The translations under genes were made by a program, and so were the position numbers. 64,000 bases of DNA. It comes from an uncultured Phycisphaerales bacterium. GTDB taxonomy: Bacteria > Planctomycetota > Phycisphaerae > Tepidisphaerales > Tepidisphaeraceae. This document shows positions 1-11,281 of this stretch, piece after piece; position 1 is the stretch's first letter; each line of letters starts with the position of its first letter. Where the stretch lies: the NCBI GenBank assembly GCA_963755915.1, contig CAVWLP010000003.1:32001-96000 (forward strand), written 5' to 3'. The notes under the pieces were generated by a model. The model was not told the DNA's origin and searched no databases. It was given only the letters and a program-made list of their open reading frames with translations.

Positions 1-119
1 GCGGCATCAGCCTGTACAAAATCAGCGCGATGATGGGCAACTCGCCGGAGATTTGCCGCCGGCATTACGCGGCGCTCATCCCGGACCAGTTTGTCGGCGA
101 CGTGAATTTCGCGGCCTGA
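1..119 (+). CDS. Tyrosine recombinase/integrase, C-terminal end (partial)
   Basis: Frame from nt 3 reads GISLYKISAMMGNSPEICRRHYAALIPDQFVGDVNFAA*, box II-like with catalytic Tyr (G-N in place of G-H); not in ORF track. Confidence 0.8.
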   Translation, partial: GISLYKISAMMGNSPEICRRHYAALIPDQFVGDVNFAA

Positions 120-167
120 GCGCAGAGGGTCAAAGCTGAACGCGCGACTGCGAGGACGGACAGGCTT

Positions 168-752
168 GTGATGGCGAAGGAACATCCCGATTTCCCGCGA
201 CTGCTGGAGGCGATGAAAGTCGCCGCGGGCCGCGCTCGCCCATGGGCGGGCACGATTTTCCGCTCCGCGCCGCCGAAATGGGCCACCGGCAAGGAAATGC
301 TCACCGGTGTTGGGAGCATGAAGTCCGGCGCTCGGTTTAACGCGCCCGGTAGCTTCCCCGCCATTTACGGCAGCACGACGCCAGAACTGGCCATGATTGA
401 ATCGTTGGCCTATCAGCGCCGCGCCAATCTTCCGTTGGAGCGGGCAATGCCATTGGTGTTCAAAGCCATCTCGGTCGATGTCCAGCGGTGTGTGGACCTA
501 ACCGAAGCCATGGTACTCGCTGATATCGGTCTGACACTCGATCAGATTCGGACCGAAACTTGGTGGCTGGCTCGGGCTCGCGGTGAGGAATCTTTGACCC
601 AAGCGATTGGCCGGGCCGCTCACGACTGCGGCATCCAATCGCTTCTGGCCGCATCGGCGCACGCCGTGGATCAGGGCATCAACGTCATTGTATTACCGGA
701 CCACCTCAAGCCGCCCAGCCGCGTAGCAGTGCTTCGACGCCCCACGAAATAA
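168..752 (+). CDS. RES domain protein (RES/MbcT-like toxin)
   Basis: FRSA...GARFNAPG..AIYGS...AMIES...LLAASA: R, E, S residues plus GxRFN motif. Confidence 0.85.
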   Translation: MMAKEHPDFPRLLEAMKVAAGRARPWAGTIFRSAPPKWATGKEMLTGVGSMKSGARFNAPGSFPAIYGSTTPELAMIESLAYQRRANLPLERAMPLVFKAISVDVQRCVDLTEAMVLADIGLTLDQIRTETWWLARARGEESLTQAIGRAAHDCGIQSLLAASAHAVDQGINVIVLPDHLKPPSRVAVLRRPTK

Positions 753-853
753 TGGCCTCAATCGTCAATACGAATTCGTACACGCATATTTGCGTGTTAT
801 CGTGCTTGACTTTTTGCACGATATAGGCAAGGATGTCTTAAGAGGTAACGATC

Positions 854-1243
854 ATGGCCGCGGCGATAAAGCACTCTCGCGTTCATTCGAAGGTACGCAA
901 GCCGGTTTCCGGTCAGTCCGCCGGCGTCGAGGTGCGCGATTTGCGACGACGCCACGCGCTATCCCAGGGCCTTCTGGCTCGACTGCTTGACGTATCGCTG
1001 CGCACGGTTTCCGGTTTGGAATCCGGATCGGTCGTCCCGGCACAGCTTCGGCGAAACTTGGTGCAGGTGAATCGCCTTTGTGGTGCGTTGGCCGAAGCAA
1101 TGGAATCCAGCTACGTCGGCCGCTGGTTGGATGAGCCAAACGAAATGCTTGCCGGCCTTAAGCCGGTTGAAGCGGTCGAGCGAGGTCAGATCGACTTGGT
1201 ATGGCAGGTGGTCGAGGGATTGCGTTCAGGGTCGCAACTATAA
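854..1243 (+). CDS. Xre/MbcA/ParS-type antitoxin (HTH plus toxin-binding C-terminal domain)
   Basis: HTH LSQGLLARLLDVSLRTVSGLE; C-terminal WLDEPNEMLAGLKPVE motif. Confidence 0.85.
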   Translation: MAAAIKHSRVHSKVRKPVSGQSAGVEVRDLRRRHALSQGLLARLLDVSLRTVSGLESGSVVPAQLRRNLVQVNRLCGALAEAMESSYVGRWLDEPNEMLAGLKPVEAVERGQIDLVWQVVEGLRSGSQL

Positions 1244-1285
1244 CGCCTGCGCCTGTCGCTCGTGTGGATAACTTCCCATCTAACG

Positions 1286-1318
1286 CGAAGACCCCGCTCG
1301 AACGCGGGGTCTTCGTTT
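1286..1318. terminator. Hairpin terminator between convergent genes
   Basis: cgaagaccccgc-tcgaac-gcggggtcttcg, perfect 12-bp stem followed by Ts. Confidence 0.7.
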
Positions 1319-1347
1319 CCCTTACTCAGACAGAACAAAGAAATCAT

Positions 1348-1593
1348 CTATGGTTCACGGCACCTCCTTTCGTAATCTTCGATATCCTTGAGCAGGTATC
1401 GCACGATGCCGTGCTTTCCATGCCCGAGGCAAAATGCTTTCACGCCCGCGGCCTCCAGATTTCGCCGCACGGTACTTCGATCACAGGCCCACCGATCGGC
1501 AACCGCCTTCAGGGAAACGTATCTTCCGCTGACCCTCTCGCTCTTCGATTGAGGTGATTTGGCCGACTCAGGCCATGCCAATTGATTGCTCAT
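1348..1593 (-). CDS. Excisionase-like small HTH protein
   Basis: YVSLKAVADRWACDRSTVRR...VRYLLKDIEDY pattern; convergent with the integrase. Confidence 0.6.
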   Translation of the reverse strand: MSNQLAWPESAKSPQSKSERVSGRYVSLKAVADRWACDRSTVRRNLEAAGVKAFCLGHGKHGIVRYLLKDIEDYERRCREP

Positions 1594-1810
1594 GGGTATT
1601 TCTGCCTTCTTAGGTCACAAAGGCTGACAGCATTGATCGTCTTCGACCGCCACCCGGACCTTCGCCGCTCTCCTCACAACCGGAGTTAGCATATTGTTCG
1701 GTATTGTCGAAGTCAACGGTTTATTTGACTTTATTCTTCCTGGCCGGCAGTGTTCGCTTTCGCGTCGCGCATTCTCTGTTGGCGACACAGCGTTTGGCAT
1801 ATTTAACCCC

Positions 1811-1839
1811 TTGCATACCGATGCATTAGGCCATAGAAT
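1811..1839 (+). promoter_or_regulatory. Sigma70-like promoter, probably leaderless transcript
   Basis: TTGCAT-17 bp-TAGAAT, ATG 7 nt downstream (1847). Confidence 0.55.
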
Positions 1840-1846
1840 GTGCCTT

Positions 1847-2098
1847 ATGGCCACTTCTCGCCAAACCCGCGGCGCTTCCAAACCGGAACCATCCCCCAAA
1901 ACGGTGCAAAGGACTTATCGGTTTGATAACAAGACTTTTGCTGCGTTTGAAGATGACTGCGCTCAGCATTTATCTAATCCGAAGCGGGTCATAGAAGCTC
2001 TGATCCTCCACTGGTTGGATGCGAGTGCCGAAGAGCGTGCCGCAATGGCTCAAATACATCGCCAGCGGATCGGGGCTGGTTCTCAGGACGAAGCATGA
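1847..2098 (+). CDS. Small ribbon-helix-helix-like protein
   Basis: VQRTYRFDNKTFAAFEDDCAQHLSNPKRVIEALILHWL strand-helix-helix pattern. Confidence 0.5.
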   Translation: MATSRQTRGASKPEPSPKTVQRTYRFDNKTFAAFEDDCAQHLSNPKRVIEALILHWLDASAEERAAMAQIHRQRIGAGSQDEA

Positions 2099-2469
2099 GC
2101 CGCTTCGCATGAGAGTCTCGATTCGCAACGGTGTGGCCATTCGCCTTTGGTGATGCCGCGTCCAAAGGCCTCAGTGCGGTTGATTTCTAATAGCTGGGGC
2201 GAATCCACCCCGGCACACCCATCCACGGCGTTGCATTCTCAACTCTTTGTCTACCGCCAAGGCATTGGAAGGCAAAGCGTTACCGCAATAGGCGACAGCG
2301 ACGTTCTCGTGCCGATCCTGCGATTGGACCTCTAAGGCCGCCGTTGAACGGTGTTTGCCGTTAGATTCTGTCCGCTAAGGATATTGCCCTCAGAGTCGAT
2401 GTCGCCCAGCTAGGTCTTTGTCGGATCTCATCTGCGGCCCTTGGGATCGTCCGCTGGCGCGGCCCATTT

Positions 2470-3460
2470 TCAACGCGTGGTTGATCGTGGGTCGTCAAAA
2501 TGAAATGCCTCTCTGACCGCATAGTCTTCTGCCGCGAGGCCGATAACTTCGCAAATTGCGGAGATGGACCTTCCGGGCAATTCGCGAACGCGCTCAATGA
2601 AAACGATGTAATTGATAGCCGCCGAGATAGATCGCCGCGGAATCATTGCGGAAGCTTCACCCACCAAGTCTTCGATGCGCCTCAGAGCGTCCGTGGCCGA
2701 ATTCGCGTGAATGGTGGCAACACCGCCGGGATGGCCGGTGTTCCATGCCTTGAGCATCGCCAGGGCCTCCGGTCCCCGAACCTCGCCGATGATAATCCGA
2801 TCGGGACGCAAGCGCAGCGTCATGCGGAGCAAGTCGGTCATCGTCACCCGCGGCTCAGTGTTCTTCGTGAGCAATTCCACTTTGTCCTCTGCGGGGCATT
2901 GAAGTTCCTTCGTATCCTCAATCAGCACGATGCGGTCGCTCTTGAATGGCGGCTCGGCCAGGATCGCGTTGACCAGCGTGGTTTTTCCCGACCCTGTGCC
3001 GCCGGCAACCAGAATATTCTTCCGATCCACGACAGCCCGACGAATCACCTCGGCGCCAGCGGCCGGCAGGATTCCCTTGGCAACATAGTCATCAAGCGTG
3101 AACACGATCGATGCTCGCTTGCGAATGGTGAACACGGGCCGCTCTGCCAGCGGGGGCAACAAGCCCCTGAAATCGTTCGCCGCTGCGCGGCAGAACGCCG
3201 GCGACGGCAGGACGATCCGGTGTGACGGTCTCGCCCATATGGCTTGCCAGTAGCCGAATCGTCGTCTCGGCGGCCGATTGCTCGATTCGGCCCACTTTCT
3301 CGCGTCCAACGCCGGCCCGATCGACCCAAAGCGTCCCGTCCGGATTGGCCATGATCTCCACGACATCCGGTTGGGCCAGCGCATCGGCGATCAACGGCCC
3401 CAATGCGTGATAAAGGCTCTCCTGCTGTCGGTGGTGAACAGAATGTGAATTTGCCGCCAT
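2470..3460 (-). CDS. trbB: P-type conjugative transfer ATPase TrbB (one frameshift near 3165)
   Basis: EIMANPDGTLWVDR, Walker A GGTGSGKT, LRLRPDRIIIGEVRG, WNTGHPGG; halves join at a G run. Confidence 0.9.
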
Positions 3461-3484
3461 AATTGAACTCCTTCGTGTTTGGAA

Positions 3485-4103
3485 TTACTTCTCGCCCCGC
3501 GGCTCGAACAATCCCCAGTTTCGTTCGGCTTTCTGCCCATTCGCTGCTGCTGGCCGGGTAGCTGTGCGGTCGGATGGACGCGCGACAACTCATGCGGGAA
3601 TCCGGTTTTTCAACGGGTAGCAACGGATCTGCCTTCCCGGTCACTGAAACTTCCCCCTGCGGTGTTTTCGATTCGCTCGGCGCGTCGAACTCCGGCAGCG
3701 GAATATCGCTGAGGATGGACTCGCCCTTGCGAAGATTCTTGGCCAGTGTGTCCAGATAGCCGTGAAAACGCTGCTTCCCGCTGAGGATCGCCGCGGCCTT
3801 GGTCGCCTCTGGAATCGGCGTGGTGTGGTTAAAGAAGGAGCGCATTCCAAGCCCAGCCATCTCTTTCAACACCGCGAGCTCCACGGCCAAGCGCTGGTCC
3901 AGCCGGCGCAGCGCGTGGAAGTTGCGCTCGACCGCCTTGAGAATTTCCTGCTCTCGCTCGCTGCGATAGGTGGACAGGAGCGATTCTTTCAAGGCTTCGA
4001 CGATGGCGGCCGACAGTGACACCTGCATGTTGGCAGAACGCTCCCTGGCCGCTTGAAGCAGTTGCGCGTCCAGATAGATTGTCACCTGGGCCAAGCGCTT
4101 CAT
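3485..4103 (-). CDS. CopG/RHH family protein between traG and trbB (3' end frameshifted, approximate)
   Basis: N-terminal RHH (VTIYLDAQLL...SLSAAIVEAL), GKQRFHGYLDTLAKNLRKG; Tn4371-type synteny. Confidence 0.7.
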
Positions 4104-5958
4104 GTGTATTCACCCTCGGAACGTGAGCGCTCGTCCGGAACTTCCCGGTCAACCTCGTCGTCAGGCACTGCGGGTGAACGGCCATCGGATAAGAGGCCGT
4201 TGTTGCCGGTTCCGGGCAACGTCAATTGCTGCCCCTTTCGGCCGCTCATGCAGCCAGTCGATTTTGGGTTTGGTCGGAACATTCAGGTACGCCGATTGGT
4301 CGGGCGCTGGCAGAAGCCGTTTTGTGAACGTCGGATCACTGTAGTACCGCACCCTCTTGACTGCGCATCGGCTTGTACCCGGTCACGAACATGAGCTGGT
4401 CGTCAACCGACAACTCCCGAATGTCCCCCGGTGAAAGAAGCGGCCGGACATGCTCGCTGTGGCTGATGTTCCTCATACCGATGTTGCGACCGGGTTCAGA
4501 ATAGCTTTCCCGGTACTCTGTGACCGTGCCGACCATCTGGCTGATGCGCTGGCAAGTGACGGTGTCGGCAGCGGCAAAGGTGCTGAGGATGTGGCAGTTG
4601 TCCAGGATCGTATTGTTGATGCCGTACTGCTCGATGATGTCGTTGAAGGATTGGACAATCAGGTGCGCCTTGATTCCGTATCCGGCCATCTGGCGCAGGT
4701 TCATCGTGAAAAAGTCCAACCGTCCGAGCGTCGGGAACTCATCGAGTGAAAGCAGCAGCCGGTGATTCTTCGGTCGGCCCGAACTGTCGCGATCCAGGAA
4801 TTCCATCAGCGCCCGGCAGGTTTGATTGATCATGAGCCGAACCAGCGGGCGCAATCGCGGCGAGTCCGATGGCGGCGGCTGGATGTAAAGCGTCATCGGC
4901 CGGTCCGCGCAGACCAGGTCGGCAAGCCGGAAATCGCTTGTGGCGGTGTTCCGGGCGATGATGTCGTCCGCCCAGAGTGTCAGATAGCTGGCCGCCGTGC
5001 CGGTCACGCTGGACTGAAACTTCGCCGGCTGGCGGCGCAATTCGTTGGCAACCAGCGCCACTTCCGGGTGAACTTCCGGCGCACCCGTTTGCGGATTGAA
5101 TCGGTGCGGCGTGGTAATCATCGCCACCGCAGTCCGCTTGAAATCCAGCAATCGCGCCCGCACCGTCGCCAAGTTCTTGAATTGATCCGGCTCGGCATAC
5201 AGCACATGCAGGATCAGCGCCACCAGAAATTGGCTGGCCTGCTGGTCCCAAATGTCCATCGTGTGCTTGGCGCCGGTGGGGTTGACCAGCATCTCGACGA
5301 TGTTCTGCGCATTGCGCACTTCGTTGTCGCCCTTGCGAATCTCAAAGAGCGGGTTGAAGCGGGCGCTGTCGGGCCGGGTGGGATTGAAGAACAGGCAGTA
5401 CCCGCGTCTGGAGCGCATGCCCGCGGTGATGTCCCACAACTCATTCTTCACGTCATAGGCGAGCACACTGCCGTTCCAATTCAGCAGGGTTGGAATGACG
5501 TGGCCGACGCCTTTGCCGGATCGGCTGGCGCCGGAGACAAGCTGATGTTCGGGGCCGTCGTAGGTGAGGTAACGATCAAAGGCATGTCCCAGGACTGTAC
5601 CCTGGCCAGTCAGCAGGCCCGCCCGCTTCATGTCGCGCTTGGTGGCCCAACGGTCTTTGCCGATCTCGCGCACGGGAATGTTGCGGCGCAATCGGCGCGC
5701 TCCAAGCAGCATGAGCGTGGCCAGAATGAATGCACCGCCGATGAACGCATATCCCTCGTTGAGCGTCTTGGGGATGTTGTCGCCAAAGTCGCGGGCCCAG
5801 GTGAAGATCGCCCACGGCGGATAAATAATGTGCGCGCCGATCCGCAAGCCGCCCAGATCGGGATGATAATCCAGCCGGTAGGCGACCCACTGGGTCGCCG
5901 CGATCAGTCCGGCCAGCAACACGATCAGATACGCAATGATGAGTCGTCGGGCGTTCAT
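4100..5958 (-). CDS. traG: Type IV coupling protein TraG/VirD4 (C-terminal frameshifts)
   Basis: Two TM helices, GASRSGKGVGHVIPTLL, LLLSLDEFPTLG, RYYSDPTF tail. Confidence 0.92.
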
Positions 5959-5961
5959 TCG

Positions 5962-7937
5962 TCACCTCCCGGTCCATCCAAGCGACAGGCCAGCGTCCAG
6001 ATCCAGCGTTTGTCCCGCCGCCACTTCAACGGTCGCATCCTGCGCCGATGTGCGCTGCAGAGTGACTTCGCTGCCCGCGCCAACATCAGGGTCGTTGCGG
6101 ATGGGCGAGACGAAGACGCTCTCTTCCGCGATGACCACGGCCAGCTTGCCGGCGTGGAGGTGTTCGGTGCCGTGGTATTCGCCTGAGACCGTTCCGCCGC
6201 GAGGGAGTTCGTTCACCGGCAGGCCATACTTGGCAGCGAGCCGTTCCGCCACATCGGTGCGTTCTTCGGCGGCAAGGTTGTCCAGCGCATCGGGAAGCAA
6301 ATCGATATTCTTTTCGTCGCCGGAGCGCTGCGCATATCCGTTTTGAACCAGCCATTCGCGCCGCTGCTGCACCGCTTCCTGTACGGTTGGATTGTCAGCC
6401 GTCCGTGCATCCGGCCGCTGGCCGAACGCCTGGCGATCCAGCCAAGTCACTGCGTGCGCTTCGATCTGCTCGACCAATGAATGCTCGGCGATCACCCTCA
6501 CGTCGGTTCGTTGGCCGGTTCTCTGGCTGAATTGTGTAAACGCATCGGCATCGACGACGTAGGTACCATCCTCTGATGTGCGCACCCCTGCACCCTCAAA
6601 CCCGGCGACAAAACTCAATCGCGACGTGGCCGAACGCACATTCGACGCGATCTCCCGGTCAGTCGAATCCGGCTGAACCGTGCGCAGATACGCGTCATGC
6701 AACTCCGGCGAATAGACCCCGTCATTCGCTTTGGCGACGGCTGCGATCTGCTCGGTCACCAGCCGCCGCCGCTGTGTTCCCGCGCCCAGTTCGGCAATCG
6801 AGCCGATATCCAAGTCCCGATAAGCATCACTCTCCCGGACCTGGCCGTAATGGGCGCGCCCCGTTCCGTCACGGATGACGACAAACCGATCCTCTCCCAG
6901 CTCATCCGTGCTTGCCTTGGCAATGACAATCCCGGCCACGGGTGGCGATGGTTCGCCGCCGGCAATCATGCGCTCGACGCGCCCGGCTTCGCTTCCAAGG
7001 TGGCTGTAGAGTTGCTTGATGATGTCGTTGCGGTCGCCCAGTTCGCGCAATGCCTGTTTGAAATCCCCCTCAACCTGCCAGATTGTTCCACGCCCCTTGT
7101 GCGCCAAATCCATCTGCTCAAGGAACTGCAACCGGCCCATCACCAACCGCCGATCATCCGCGCCATAGCCGATGTGCTTGGACGGCGAAACGTCGATCTT
7201 GCCGTTCTCCAAATCCCGCTCGATCATCCGGTCCAGGGAGGTAAAGCGCTCCGCTTCCACCTCCTTGGACTTGGCCAATTGCACTTCCTGCGCGCTCCGC
7301 TCCCCCAAGAGCTCGGTCGCCACGTCCGATGCCCGGTCCCGGATTCCATACGATATATATTGTCGGGGGATGACCAGATCGGCCCCGTCCGGCTGCTTGC
7401 CGCGCAGCAGAACATGCGCATGCGGGTTGTCGGTGTTGTGGTGATTGACGGCGATCCATTGGAGCTTGGTGTCCAGATCCCGCTCCACCCGGCGCATGAC
7501 TTCGCGGATGTAGCTGGTCATGTCGGGGATGTCGCCGCCGCGCTCGGGCGACACGATCAGCCGGAAATGATGCCGGTCCTGCGCCCATTGGACGGCCTCC
7601 TGCCTGGCGTCCACTCCCTCGCGTGCGGCGTCATAGAACACGCCATGCTTGCCGTCGGCGCTGGCGCTTTCCCGCCCCAGGTAGGAGACATGGCGCGCCA
7701 AACTTCCCCGCGCCTTGCCGGGTTTGTGCCGGCTGACGTGCGCCTTGACGACGACGCGCTGGCGCATTCCCCGGCCAGCGGAACCGCCAGACAGGTACTT
7801 GCGCGTGCGCCCTTGAACCCGCGCAGCCGCCTGGCCAGCTCGCTGTTGACGCTCCGCTCTTTGCGGCGACTTCCTCCCATCCGGCCAATCTGGTCCGAGT
7901 CAACGCTGTTCGCCTGTCGCCTGAATCGTCTTGGCAT
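5962..7937 (-). CDS. VirD2-like MOBP relaxase with DUF3363 C-terminus (N-terminal frameshift near 7770)
   Basis: QRVVVKA, HVSYLGRE, HHFRLIVSPE, HHNTDNPHAHVLLRG HUH motif, TWLDR; GGAGG RBS before ATG 7937. Confidence 0.9.
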
Positions 7938-8054
7938 ATCCGCCTCCGCTCTCAAAAGGACCTGAAAACTCGCAAGGTGAAAGCAACGTCTCCAGTCGAG
8001 CCATACGTTGCGGCAACCATGTGAGGAATCGTGACTTACAAATCCCACACCTTG

Positions 8055-8120
8055 ATCCCTTTTACCTTGCCTTCCTTTCTTAATTACAAAAAATAGTTAA
8101 ACCCGATGGATTTAACTAAA
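8055..8120 (+). other. Candidate oriT
   Basis: ttttaccttgcc resembles a MOBP nic-type sequence; tagttaaa...tttaacta inverted repeat; immediately upstream of the relaxase. Confidence 0.4.
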
Positions 8121-8322
8121 CCGATTATACCAAACAGATGCCGAACGTCAAGTTCGGCCAGACTGATTTGAGTTCAGCCGGACAGTAATCTGTCTGGCTG
8201 GACTCAAACGGATTCAAAAAAAATGGTGAGGATGGAGAGAGTTTTCGAGACGGGATTGTGGCCAACGATATAATGGAGCGAGTGTCATCTACTGGCAGTG
8301 CGAAGCGCTGCCGGAAGGATGC

Positions 8323-8676
8323 TTGCGATGGAGATTGCCGGATATGCTGCGATGGATTGGCGGCAGTTTGAAGTTCCTCTACTGGCTCGGCCTGCTGCAA
8401 CTGGCACGCTTTGCCGTGGTGCTATTCTGCATTGTTGAAGTCGTCGGCGTGTTGACGCTGTGGGCCTTTGCCTTCTCGGAATTGCTCGTGCATAACCGCC
8501 CGATCTTCTTCTGCATCCCCATCGGAGCATCGCTGCTTGTCGTCATTCAAGTGGCGTTGTGGCAGTTCACCTGGCTGCAACTGGCGCAACGTGGCGGTAA
8601 GTGGCGAGCGCTTGCCGAATGGTTCTCAAGCGTTGTCCGCTATCCCGTCGTGCGTCCGCCTCACCCATGGGAGTAA
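8323..8676 (+). CDS. Hypothetical membrane protein
   Basis: 117-aa ORF with 2-3 hydrophobic segments. Confidence 0.45.
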   Translation: MRWRLPDMLRWIGGSLKFLYWLGLLQLARFAVVLFCIVEVVGVLTLWAFAFSELLVHNRPIFFCIPIGASLLVVIQVALWQFTWLQLAQRGGKWRALAEWFSSVVRYPVVRPPHPWE

Positions 8677-8691
8677 ATTGGGGAATGACCG

Positions 8692-10680
8692 TCAATGTTC
8701 ATGGCACCAACAAAGAAGCCGGATCAGGTATGCCCGATCCGGCTTCGTTCGCCATGTTTGAAGGCTTGAACTATGCCGCCGATGCCTGCTCGGTCGCCTC
8801 GCCTTCGGCTCATCCCGAAGGTTGGATGGCAGCCAAGCGTTGAACTTGGCGGCAACTTTGGCATCCTCCATACGGCCCTCGGCTGCCTCCGTAAACAGCT
8901 TGGCCAAGTCAGCAACCAACTCTGACTTCTTCTTGAGCTCCGCTGCTTTGGCATACACCGGACCACGCAACTCGCCGATCAGGTGCGCCAACTGAATCTT
9001 CTGGTATCCCGACAGCCAACGCTCATCGGGACGCCAGTAGCGGCGAATCTCCACGCCCAATTCCGATGCCAGACGCCAAACCAATTCGGTGCGGCGTTGC
9101 AGGTGGGCCGTGATGCACTCCACTGTAAGCAAGTCGATCAGTGCATCCAACTTCTTATCCGATAGCGCCTGGAAGGCGTCATAGGCGGCATGATCTTCGA
9201 CGTAATGCTTATCATGCAGCGGGTCCAACTCGGCTCGGCGTTTGCGGATTCCATCGAGAGCGGCGGACGTGAATCCTTCGGCATTGTCCGCATGAACCGT
9301 GCTGCCATTGGCGTCATGCCGGATGGCCAGCGCTTCGCTGCGCACCTTCTCATGCAGGATCAGGGCCAGAATCCGCCTGCGGGCTGTGGCATCTTTCAGC
9401 ACTGCTTCGCGCACGCCAAGCGCCTGATGGGTGAACGTCGTGGCAAGTTGAGCCTCTTTCAAGTCGTCCGATGTGGGCGGCTTGGGTGCCTCCGTCGAGC
9501 CGTGCCCGGCTTGACCGTTGCCGTTGCTGGATACGCCCTGACGTGTTCGCGGTACGCGATATTCTCGCCGGACCCGTCCATCGGGGTCGAGTAACAGGAA
9601 GGTTGTGCCAACCGCCTTGGTCGCCTCGGAATAGTGAACCTCGGCATCCTTGCTCACGGTCTGTTCCTCGTCGTCCAGCGCTTCCAGCTTCGTCTGAATC
9701 GCCTCGACCGCGCCTTGATCGGACTCGTCCAATTCCTCAAGCTTCGATTCCAGCTTGATCCGCTTGTCGGCCAGCTTCTTAAGTTTGGCCGTGGTCTGCT
9801 CATCATACTCCTGCGGAGCATCGGTCATCGCGTACAGCCGATCCTGCACGTCGGCCTGCGGGCCGACAATGACTTCGGCCCAACCGTCCTCGATCAGCGC
9901 TTGGCGCTGCGCCAGAAGCGCCTCGGCCTGCGCCTCCATGAACGCGCTGCGCTCCACCAACACGCGCTCGGCGAACAAGTCCCGGCTGACGGCGGTATCC
10001 GGGAGTTTGGATACATCGAACGTCGCGGATGCGGCGTCGATCCACGCATGGGCAATCACGTTGCGAACGTGCTGCGCATGTTGCGGGTTCCCGGCCAATT
10101 CCTGCCAGACTTCCAGTTGCCGATCTGGCGGGACGGACGCGAACGCCTCGGCGGTCGCGGTGTCGATTGCGCCCTGGCGGTATGCCGCTTTCACCGGCTC
10201 GGCCAGCGTCGCCAGCTTCATGCGCTGGCGCACATAGGGCTGGCTGACGCCAAACTCCGATGCGATGGATTCAACGCCCTTGGCTTCCTCACGCGCCAGT
10301 TTGGCAAAGGCTTCGGCTTCGTCCAGCGGGTGCATCGGCTCGCGGACAAAGTTTTCCGCCAGCGCCAAGGCGTCGGCGGTGTCGTCGTCCACGGAGCGCA
10401 AGACGCATAGCACCTTCGGCGGTCGGGGTGAATCCTTGTACACGTCGCGCAGCGCCGCCAGTCGGCGGTTGCCCGCGATCACCTTGAAATCGCCGGGGCT
10501 GGCGTCGTCGGCTCGGACCACCAGCGGGGCCAATAGTCCATGCGCCCGGATGGATGCCACCATGCGGCGGTGGGCATCCCGTTCCGGCTTGACGCGCCGG
10601 GGGTTCCGTTTGCTGGAAATCAGCTTAGACAGGGACACGGTAATCTGAACATCACGAGATTGGGAAAAACTGCGATTCAT
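8692..10680 (-). CDS. Long ParB/Spo0J-family protein of ICE/plasmid leading regions (true stop probably 8771 after an indel)
   Basis: SIRAHGLLAPLVVR, VIAGNRRLAAL, ENFVREPMHPLDEAEAF, HTH, C-terminal WLP. Confidence 0.88.
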   Translation of the reverse strand: MNRSFSQSRDVQITVSLSKLISSKRNPRRVKPERDAHRRMVASIRAHGLLAPLVVRADDASPGDFKVIAGNRRLAALRDVYKDSPRPPKVLCVLRSVDDDTADALALAENFVREPMHPLDEAEAFAKLAREEAKGVESIASEFGVSQPYVRQRMKLATLAEPVKAAYRQGAIDTATAEAFASVPPDRQLEVWQELAGNPQHAQHVRNVIAHAWIDAASATFDVSKLPDTAVSRDLFAERVLVERSAFMEAQAEALLAQRQALIEDGWAEVIVGPQADVQDRLYAMTDAPQEYDEQTTAKLKKLADKRIKLESKLEELDESDQGAVEAIQTKLEALDDEEQTVSKDAEVHYSEATKAVGTTFLLLDPDGRVRREYRVPRTRQGVSSNGNGQAGHGSTEAPKPPTSDDLKEAQLATTFTHQALGVREAVLKDATARRRILALILHEKVRSEALAIRHDANGSTVHADNAEGFTSAALDGIRKRRAELDPLHDKHYVEDHAAYDAFQALSDKKLDALIDLLTVECITAHLQRRTELVWRLASELGVEIRRYWRPDERWLSGYQKIQLAHLIGELRGPVYAKAAELKKKSELVADLAKLFTEAAEGRMEDAKVAAKFNAWLPSNLRDEPKARRPSRHRRHSSSLQTWRTKPDRAYLIRLLCWCHEH
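8715..8746. terminator. Hairpin terminator downstream of parB-like gene
   Basis: gaagccggatc...gatccggcttc 11-bp stem. Confidence 0.6.
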
Positions 10681-10738
10681 AAGTCACTCTTTCTTTCTTG
10701 GTTATTGGATTGAAATCAAACACCTCGGCCCACTTGGG

Positions 10739-11170
10739 CTAGATGGGAATCTCTTGACCCGCGCCCACAAGCTCGCCTTTCCTGCCGTTGCTGCGGCGCT
10801 TGCCGCGTCCGTTGCGTTCGGCGGGCTGGCTGGGGTCGGGCTTGCGGTCCACAAATCGGAACTGCTCGACGACCACGCGAATCTTGCTGCGCCGCTGGCC
10901 GTCCTCCTGTTCCCACTGCTCGAATTTGAGTCGGCCTTCGATGTGGATGGGTCGGCCCTTGGTCAAACTCTCACCGATGGTCTGCCCCGTCTTACCGAAG
11001 GCGGCGCAGTCGATGAATAACACTTCCTCCCGGTCTGCCCCGTCGGTGTCTTTCCACCGGCGGTTGACCGCCAGCGCGAAATCGCACACCACCGTCTGAC
11101 TCGGAAGCGTCTTAAGCTCCGGGTCGCGGGTGAGGTTGCCCATGAGGATCACTCTGTTGTAGCTGGCCAT
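10739..11170 (-). CDS. ssb: Single-stranded DNA-binding protein
   Basis: NRVILMGNLTRDPEL...FALAVNR; C-terminal EIPI tail. Confidence 0.95.
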   Translation of the reverse strand: MASYNRVILMGNLTRDPELKTLPSQTVVCDFALAVNRRWKDTDGADREEVLFIDCAAFGKTGQTIGESLTKGRPIHIEGRLKFEQWEQEDGQRRSKIRVVVEQFRFVDRKPDPSQPAERNGRGKRRSNGRKGELVGAGQEIPI

Positions 11171-11281
11171 GATGAATCTCCTTTGTATGTGTATGGCCTA
11201 TTTGGGCGGCGTCACATTGACAACCGCTCCCCAGCCCGCCCCGGCTCTTTCTGCACCGGGACGGGTTCGGGGAGGGGTCGC

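Noticed and set aside
4762-7965. Long plus-strand ORFs (474 and 422 aa) and similar antisense ORFs elsewhere
   Set aside because: Shadow ORFs opposite recognised high-GC genes, with no motifs.
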